From Candidatus Palauibacter poriticola (lineage in GTDB: Bacteria > Gemmatimonadota > Gemmatimonadetes > Palauibacterales > Palauibacteraceae): a DNA stretch of 64,000 nucleotides. Under the pieces are notes generated by a model, which did not search any database, was not told the DNA's origin, and saw only the letters and a program-made list of their open reading frames with translations. Made by a program: the position numbers and the translations under genes. The stretch covers positions 8,083 through 72,082 of the forward strand of contig JAAXHJ010000070.1 in assembly GCA_012270965.1 (NCBI GenBank), written 5' to 3'. This document shows, piece by piece, positions 58,309-64,000 of this stretch; positions within the stretch are counted from its first letter, which is position 1; the number at the start of each line of letters is the position of its first letter.

Positions 58309-60428
58309 GCTTTCTGGCCCCGTGGTTCCTGGCCGGGCTCGGGCTCCTGTCGATCCCGGTCATCATCCACCTCACGCACCGCCAGCGCAGCCGGGTGACG
58401 GTGTTCCCGTCGCTGATGTTCCTCCGCAAGCTGCCCTTCAAGGCGATGAACCGGCGCCGGATCCGGCACCCGCTTCTATTCGCTCTGCGCAGCATCGCGG
58501 TCATCCTCCTCGCGCTCGCCTTTGCCCAGCCCTTCTTCGATTCGGTGGCGGACGCGGAGGCCGGTTCGGCCCGGGACGTGGTCATCCTCCTCGATGTGTC
58601 GGCGAGTCTGGGCTACGAGGGACGCTGGGAGGCCGCGCTCGATTCCGCGCGCGCCGTACTCGACGGTCTCGGGGAGGGGGACCGCGTCGCCGTGGCGACG
58701 TTCGACGAGCGGGCGCGGGAGCGGGTTCCGTTGACGCTCGACCTCGAAGCTGCCCGGGAGGCCCTCGCGGACCTGTCGACGACCGACTTGGGGACGCGCC
58801 TCGAAGCGGGACTCCAGCTCGCGGGGCGGATCCTCTCGGAGTCGGAGGACCGGACCCGGGAGGTGGCGCTCGTCTCGGACTTCCAGCGCACGGGGTGGGA
58901 GGACGGCGGCAGGGTGCGCCTTCCCGACGGGGTCTCGTTGCGGGCGGCGAGCGTCGCGCCGGAGGAGGCCGCGAACGTGGCGCTGGCGGAGGCGGCGGTG
59001 CGGGCCGCGGGCGACGGGCGCGTCCGGCTCCTGGCCCGGCTCGCGAACATGGGCGAGGCGGGGGTGGAGCAACTCCCGGTGTCGCTCGAGATCGCCGGGC
59101 GGACGGTGGCGACGGTCCCGGTGGACATGCCGCCGCGCGGCGTCGGCACGGCGGTGTTCGACAATCTCGCCCTCCCGGAAGGGCGGAGCCCCGGGCGCCT
59201 CACGGTCCCCGAGGACGGGCTGACCATCGATGACGAGTTCCGCTTCGTGGCGGCGCCCGAGGCGGGTCTGCGCACGCTCATCCTGGAGAACAACCGCAGG
59301 GGGTCGGATGGGAGTCTCTTTCTGGCGCGCGCCCTCGGGATCGGCGACGCGCCCCGCATCGAGACTTCGCGCGCGCCGGCCGCGGGCCTCGATGTCGCCG
59401 CCCTCTCGTCGGTGGATTTCGCGATTCTCAACGACGCGGACCTCGCCGACGCGGGCCGGGCCGGACGGCTGCGCGATTGGGTGAGCGGCGGCGGCGGCCT
59501 GCTCATCGTCCTCGGGCGCGACGCGAACATGAATCGGTGGTCCGACGCCGGACTTGAACTGCTCGGCGCCGGCCCCGGCTCCCTCGTGGATGCCGCGGAC
59601 GGCCGCCGGCTGTCGTGGCTCGACTACGATCACCCCGTGTTCGAGTTGTTCTCGGGCCCCCGCAGCGGGGACTTCTCGGGCGCGCGTTTCGAGCGCCTCT
59701 GGAGCATCGAGCCCGCCGAGGGCACGGCGGTGGTCGCGCGCTTCGACGGCGGGGAACCCGCCTTGCTCGACCGTCCGCTGGGCGAGGGGCGCGTCCTGGT
59801 CTGGACCTCGACTCTCGACCGTTACTGGAACGACCTCGCGCTGCAGCCAGTCTTCCTGCCCTTCGTGCACCGGCTGGCGCTGCACGCCACCGGATACCGC
59901 GAGCCGGACCGCTGGATCGAAGCCGGGGGCGTGCTCGAACTCGCGGCCCTCGTCGGAGCGGGCGGAGCGGGCGGCGTGGGCGGAGCGGGCGGAACGGGTG
60001 GGGCGGGCCCCGCGGGGCTCGGCGGGGATGAGGCCGAGTGGGTGCTGGTGGATCCGGACGGCGACCGGCAGCCGGTCGAGGTCGGCGAAGGGCCGACGTG
60101 GATCGAGTTTCCGCGCGCGGGCTTCTACCAAGTGGCGCTTCGGGACGACGCCGGCCGCGCGACCACCGTGGCGGTCAACCCTCCGATCGCCGAATCTGAT
60201 CTCGCGTCGGTTGCGACGGAGCGCGTGGTGGAGGCTGCGGCGGGCGGCTCTCCCGCGGAGGGGGGAGCCGCCGCCGGCGGTGCGGCGGCGGACGGGGAAA
60301 CGGTCTCGCGGCGCGCCGAACTCTGGTGGGTGCTCCTCCTGCTCGCGGCGCTCGTGCTGGGAGCGGAGAGCGTGCTCGCGAACCGCTGGACGCGCCAACG
60401 TCCCGTGTCGGGGCTGGCGGGCGCCTAA
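58305..60428 (+). CDS. BatA N-terminal plus vWA domain membrane protein
   Basis: MSFLAPWFLAGL...PVIIHL...FPSLMFL; MIDAS DVSASL...VSDFQ; GGGLLI; NPPIAESDL; C-terminal TM. Confidence 0.9.
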   Translation: MSFLAPWFLAGLGLLSIPVIIHLTHRQRSRVTVFPSLMFLRKLPFKAMNRRRIRHPLLFALRSIAVILLALAFAQPFFDSVADAEAGSARDVVILLDVSASLGYEGRWEAALDSARAVLDGLGEGDRVAVATFDERARERVPLTLDLEAAREALADLSTTDLGTRLEAGLQLAGRILSESEDRTREVALVSDFQRTGWEDGGRVRLPDGVSLRAASVAPEEAANVALAEAAVRAAGDGRVRLLARLANMGEAGVEQLPVSLEIAGRTVATVPVDMPPRGVGTAVFDNLALPEGRSPGRLTVPEDGLTIDDEFRFVAAPEAGLRTLILENNRRGSDGSLFLARALGIGDAPRIETSRAPAAGLDVAALSSVDFAILNDADLADAGRAGRLRDWVSGGGGLLIVLGRDANMNRWSDAGLELLGAGPGSLVDAADGRRLSWLDYDHPVFELFSGPRSGDFSGARFERLWSIEPAEGTAVVARFDGGEPALLDRPLGEGRVLVWTSTLDRYWNDLALQPVFLPFVHRLALHATGYREPDRWIEAGGVLELAALVGAGGAGGVGGAGGTGGAGPAGLGGDEAEWVLVDPDGDRQPVEVGEGPTWIEFPRAGFYQVALRDDAGRATTVAVNPPIAESDLASVATERVVEAAAGGSPAEGGAAAGGAAADGETVSRRAELWWVLLLLAALVLGAESVLANRWTRQRPVSGLAGA

Positions 60429-60498
60429 GCGCGGGCTGCTAACGAGTACGAGGCCGGTGCCGGGCCGCAGCCTGGCGGGATTCCGGGAGTAAGGGAGG

Positions 60499-63400
60499 AT
60501 GACGATGCAGCGATGGGCGAGGACGCGGAACACGGAGCACCAGTTGCTCGGAGTCGTCCGCGACGTGAGGCGCCGCTGGCGCGTACGCCAGCTCATTCAG
60601 GGCGTCGCCGCGACGCTGGGGATCGGTTTCGCCGTCTTCTTCATCGCGACTTTCGGGATCGACCGGCTGCGCTTCGACGACGGCGCGGTCTTGGCCTTCC
60701 GCATCCTGCTCTGGGCCGCCGCCGCCGCCCTCCTCGCCTGGTTCGTCGCGCGCCCCCTCCTGCGCCGGGCCTCGGACGCGCAGGTCGCGCTCTACCTGGA
60801 GGAGCATGAACCGTCGCTCAAGGCGGCGTTCCTCGCGGCCATCGAGCGCGCCGGGTCGCCGGGGGCCCGCTCCGGCCTCGATGCTCGCCTGCTGGAGGTC
60901 GCGGCCCGGCGCGCCCGCCGGGTGGACCGGGGGCGCCGCGTCGAGCGCGACCGGCTTCGCCGCTCGACCGCCTGGTTCGCGGGCGTCGCCAGCGCCGTGC
61001 TGCTCATCGCCCTCTTCGGCCCCGCCTTCCAGGGTACGGCGGGCTCGCTCCTCCTGAGCCCTTGGAAGACCGCCGACGCCGCCAATCCCTACGCGATCGC
61101 GGTGGAGCCCGGCGACGCGCTCATCGCCCGGGGCTCGGATCAGCTCGTGCGCGCGTTCCCGCGGGGGTTCGAGACGGACGAGGTGGAGATCGCCGTCCGG
61201 CGCGGCGAGTCGGAGGCGTGGGAGCGCTACTTCATGACGCCGGCCGCGGAGGAGGAGGCATTCGAGATCCTCCTCTTCGACCTCGACGAGGCCACCGACT
61301 ACACGGTGAGTTCCGAGGGCGTCCGGTCGCCGGTCTTCACCATCGAGGTCGCGGACCTTCCCTACGTGGACCGGATCGACCTCGAGTACCACTTCCCCGC
61401 CTACACGGGGCTGAGCCCGCGGACGGTCGAGGACGGCGGCGACATCGCGGTGCTGCGGGGAACCGAGGTCCGTCTTCGGGTGACGCCGACGCTGGCCACG
61501 GAGGCGGCGCGACTCGCGTTCGACGACGAGGAGGAGGGCGCGGTGCTCGAACTCCTGGGTGGCGTCTTCGAGGCCAGCTTCACCGTCACGGAGGAGACGT
61601 TCTACCGCATCGAGTTCATGGGTCCGGGCAACCGCTTCGTCATCGGCTCCCCCGACTACCTCGTCGAACCGCTCGACGATCAGCCGCCGGGGATCCGAAT
61701 CGCCGAGCCCGGCCGGGACACGCGCCTTTCGCCGATCGATGAACTGTACGTCGAGGTCGAGGCCGAGGACGATTTTGGACTCGGGCGGGTCGAACTCCTC
61801 TACTCGGTGAACGGAGGGGAGGAAGCGTCTCGCGTTCTCCACGGCACGGCCGGGGGTGGGACCACGCAGCTCTCCGGCGGACACACCTTCTTCCTCGAGG
61901 AATTCGGCCTTGAGCCGGGCGACGTCCTCTCCTACTACGCCCGCGCGACGGACCTGCGCGCCGGCGGCCCCGGCGGCGGCGTCGAAAGCTCCGACATCTA
62001 CTTCGTCGAAATCCGTCCCTTCGACCGAAACTTCCGTCAGGCGGAGCAGGGCGGGGGAGGGGGTGGAGGCGGCGGGGCCGGGGCCGGCATGGGCGGCGAG
62101 CTGTCCGAACAGCAGCGGCAGATCGTGGCCGCGACCTTCCGCCTCGACCGCGACAGGAACGAGTTCGAAGAAGAGGAGATGTCGGAGAACCTGGCTACGC
62201 TGACGCTGTTGCAGGGGCGGCTGCGCCAGCAGGTGGAAGAACTGATCGCGCAGATGCAACAGCGCGGCGTGGCGGGGGATCCCTCGCTCGAGGTCGTGTT
62301 CCGCGAACTGCCCCTCGCGCCGCCCGCGATGCTGGAAGCGGAGACGAGGCTGGGGGAGCGGCGGCTCCGGGAGGCGCTCGCGCCCGAACAGCGCTCGCTC
62401 CAGCATCTACAGCGGGCCGAAGCCGCCTTCCGCGACGTCCAGGTGCGGCAGGGCGGCGGTGGCGGCGGCGGCGGTACTCCCGGAAGTGTGGGGTCGGGGG
62501 CGGAGGAACTCGCGGACCTGTTCGAACTGGAGCTGGACCGCCTGCGCAACCAGTACGAGACCGTGCAGCGGGGACGGCAGCAACAGCAGGACCAGGAGGT
62601 CGACGAGGCGCTGCAGAAGCTCGAGGAGCTGGCGAGGCGCCAGCAGCAGATGAACGAACGCGCGGCCGCGCAGCCGCGGGGCGCCGCGGGCGGCGGCCAG
62701 GGCCAGCAGCAGCGGATGATCCAGGAGACGGAGGAGTTGGCTCGTCAGCTGCAGCGCCTGGGTCGCGAGGGCGACCGGGCGGACGTCGAGGAATCCGCGC
62801 GCCGGCTGCGGCAGGCGGCGGACGAGATGCGCCGGGCGCAGGCGCAAGGTCGCCGCGGGCAGGGGCAGGCGGAGGCGTCGAACGCCCTCGACCGGCTGCG
62901 CGAGGCACGCCGTCTGCTCGAGAACCGACAGGTCGCGGCGGTGGAACGGGAGGTCGAGGATGCCGCGCGGAGGGCAGAGCGGATCGCGGAGCGTCAGCGG
63001 GAGCTGCAGAGCGATGTGAACGAGGATCCGACGGGCGGCGACCGGGAACGCGTGGCCGGTCTGCGCGAACGGAAGGCCGAACTCGCCCGCGAGGTGGACC
63101 AGTTGGAGACCGACTTGGACCGCCTGTCGCGCGAGGCGCGTCAGGATCAGCCGGACGCCGCCCGCCGTCTCGCAGAAGCCGCCGGCGAGATCCGCGAGAG
63201 CCGGCTGCGGGACAAACTCCTCTTCTCGCGGGGAGTCCTCGGCACCCAGTCCGAGGACTATGTGCGGAACTTCGAGGAGCAGATCACCCGGGACGCGGAG
63301 AACGTGCGGGCCCGGGTCCAGGCCGCGCGGGACGCGCTGAGCGAGTCGGACCCGCGCCGCCTCGGCCGGCAACTGGACGAGACGCGCGACCTGGTCCGCG

Positions 63401-64000
63401 GTCTCGAGTCGCTCCAGGAGCGCTTGCGGCAGGGGCAGGAGGGCCAGGACGGGCAGGGCCGGCGCCAGGATGGCCAGGGTAGGCAGGAAGGCCAAGACGA
63501 TCAGCAGGGCCAGGGTGAGCAGCAGGGCGAGGGGCAGCAGCAGGGTCGGGGCGAGCAAGGCGAGCGAGGTCAGGGCGAGCAGGGCGGCCAAGGGGAGCAG
63601 GGCGGACAGGGCCAGCAAGTCGGCCAGCAGCAGGGCGAGGGTCAGGGCCAGGCAGGTCGCGGAGGGCAGCCGGGGCAGCCCGGACAGACGCCTGGCGGCC
63701 GGGGGTTCGCGCCCGGCGGGGGCGGCGGCGGGGGCGGCGGACGGTGGCTGTCGCCGGAAGATGTCCGACAGTTCCAGCGGGAATTCCGCGAACGGGGACA
63801 GGACGCGCGCCGTCTGCGCGACGAGCTGAGCCAGGAGGGTGTCGACGTCGGTGACCTCGACGGCGCCATCGCCGGGCTCGACCGCCTGCGGAGCATGGGG
63901 GATTTCGACGATCCCGACGAACTGGCCCGGCTACAGGCGGACGTGCTGCGGGGCCTGAAGGACTTCGAGTTCGCCCTTCGCCGGGAGCTGGGTTCGCAGA
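60499..64000 (+). CDS. Large DUF4175-like membrane-anchored coiled-coil protein (3' end outside window)
   Basis: GGGAGG then ATG 60499/60505; three TM segments, Ig-like segments (YHFPAYTGL, DDFGL, SDIYFVEIRPF), ELADLFELELDRLRNQYE, long Q/E/R helices and a Q/G low-complexity tract; appears open to the window end. Confidence 0.8.
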   Translation, partial: MTMQRWARTRNTEHQLLGVVRDVRRRWRVRQLIQGVAATLGIGFAVFFIATFGIDRLRFDDGAVLAFRILLWAAAAALLAWFVARPLLRRASDAQVALYLEEHEPSLKAAFLAAIERAGSPGARSGLDARLLEVAARRARRVDRGRRVERDRLRRSTAWFAGVASAVLLIALFGPAFQGTAGSLLLSPWKTADAANPYAIAVEPGDALIARGSDQLVRAFPRGFETDEVEIAVRRGESEAWERYFMTPAAEEEAFEILLFDLDEATDYTVSSEGVRSPVFTIEVADLPYVDRIDLEYHFPAYTGLSPRTVEDGGDIAVLRGTEVRLRVTPTLATEAARLAFDDEEEGAVLELLGGVFEASFTVTEETFYRIEFMGPGNRFVIGSPDYLVEPLDDQPPGIRIAEPGRDTRLSPIDELYVEVEAEDDFGLGRVELLYSVNGGEEASRVLHGTAGGGTTQLSGGHTFFLEEFGLEPGDVLSYYARATDLRAGGPGGGVESSDIYFVEIRPFDRNFRQAEQGGGGGGGGGAGAGMGGELSEQQRQIVAATFRLDRDRNEFEEEEMSENLATLTLLQGRLRQQVEELIAQMQQRGVAGDPSLEVVFRELPLAPPAMLEAETRLGERRLREALAPEQRSLQHLQRAEAAFRDVQVRQGGGGGGGGTPGSVGSGAEELADLFELELDRLRNQYETVQRGRQQQQDQEVDEALQKLEELARRQQQMNERAAAQPRGAAGGGQGQQQRMIQETEELARQLQRLGREGDRADVEESARRLRQAADEMRRAQAQGRRGQGQAEASNALDRLREARRLLENRQVAAVEREVEDAARRAERIAERQRELQSDVNEDPTGGDRERVAGLRERKAELAREVDQLETDLDRLSREARQDQPDAARRLAEAAGEIRESRLRDKLLFSRGVLGTQSEDYVRNFEEQITRDAENVRARVQAARDALSESDPRRLGRQLDETRDLVRGLESLQERLRQGQEGQDGQGRRQDGQGRQEGQDDQQGQGEQQGEGQQQGRGEQGERGQGEQGGQGEQGGQGQQVGQQQGEGQGQAGRGGQPGQPGQTPGGRGFAPGGGGGGGGGRWLSPEDVRQFQREFRERGQDARRLRDELSQEGVDVGDLDGAIAGLDRLRSMGDFDDPDELARLQADVLRGLKDFEFALRRELGSQ

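Noticed and set aside
60429-60490. attC-like site or structured RNA before the DUF4175-like gene
   Set aside because: Only a 6-bp GGCTGC/GCAGCC inverted pair in GC-rich DNA, single copy; expected by chance.

Overview
High-GC bacterial window; gene content is compatible with a diderm such as a Gemmatimonadota-like organism, but this is inference only. From left to right it holds: a 3'-truncated gamma-glutamyltransferase; a TetR-regulated tripartite RND efflux operon; an aldehyde (succinate-semialdehyde-like) dehydrogenase, an FAH-family hydratase and an orphan arginine deiminase; a Tat-less molybdopterin oxidoreductase unit (4Fe-4S/NrfD fusion, catalytic subunit, TorD chaperone); an apparently complete type I Zorya anti-phage system (zorABCD, 19883-27088) set with no spacer between an AI-2E transporter and a frameshifted AtoE-like transporter followed by sixA; a coupled SRPBCC / ANKH-like transporter / secreted Vgb-like propeller / CxxCH-Reeler-like operon; a B12-radical SAM gene; two decayed defence/TA patches (36.8-39.1 kb and 43.9-48.7 kb: PHP-ATPase, IS3 remnant, PIN toxins, DUF433, SBD-HNH, HNH, AAA_14-DUF4143) in which several genes keep both ends but lack their middles; a large BNR/VPS10 propeller protein; and an 8-gene MoxR / DUF58 / vWA / BatA / DUF4159 / TPR-metallopeptidase / DUF4175-like cluster of unknown function running off the right edge. 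Short tandem duplications recur at gene termini. No rRNA, tRNA or CRISPR array was recognised. All family assignments come from motif recognition by eye, with no database search.
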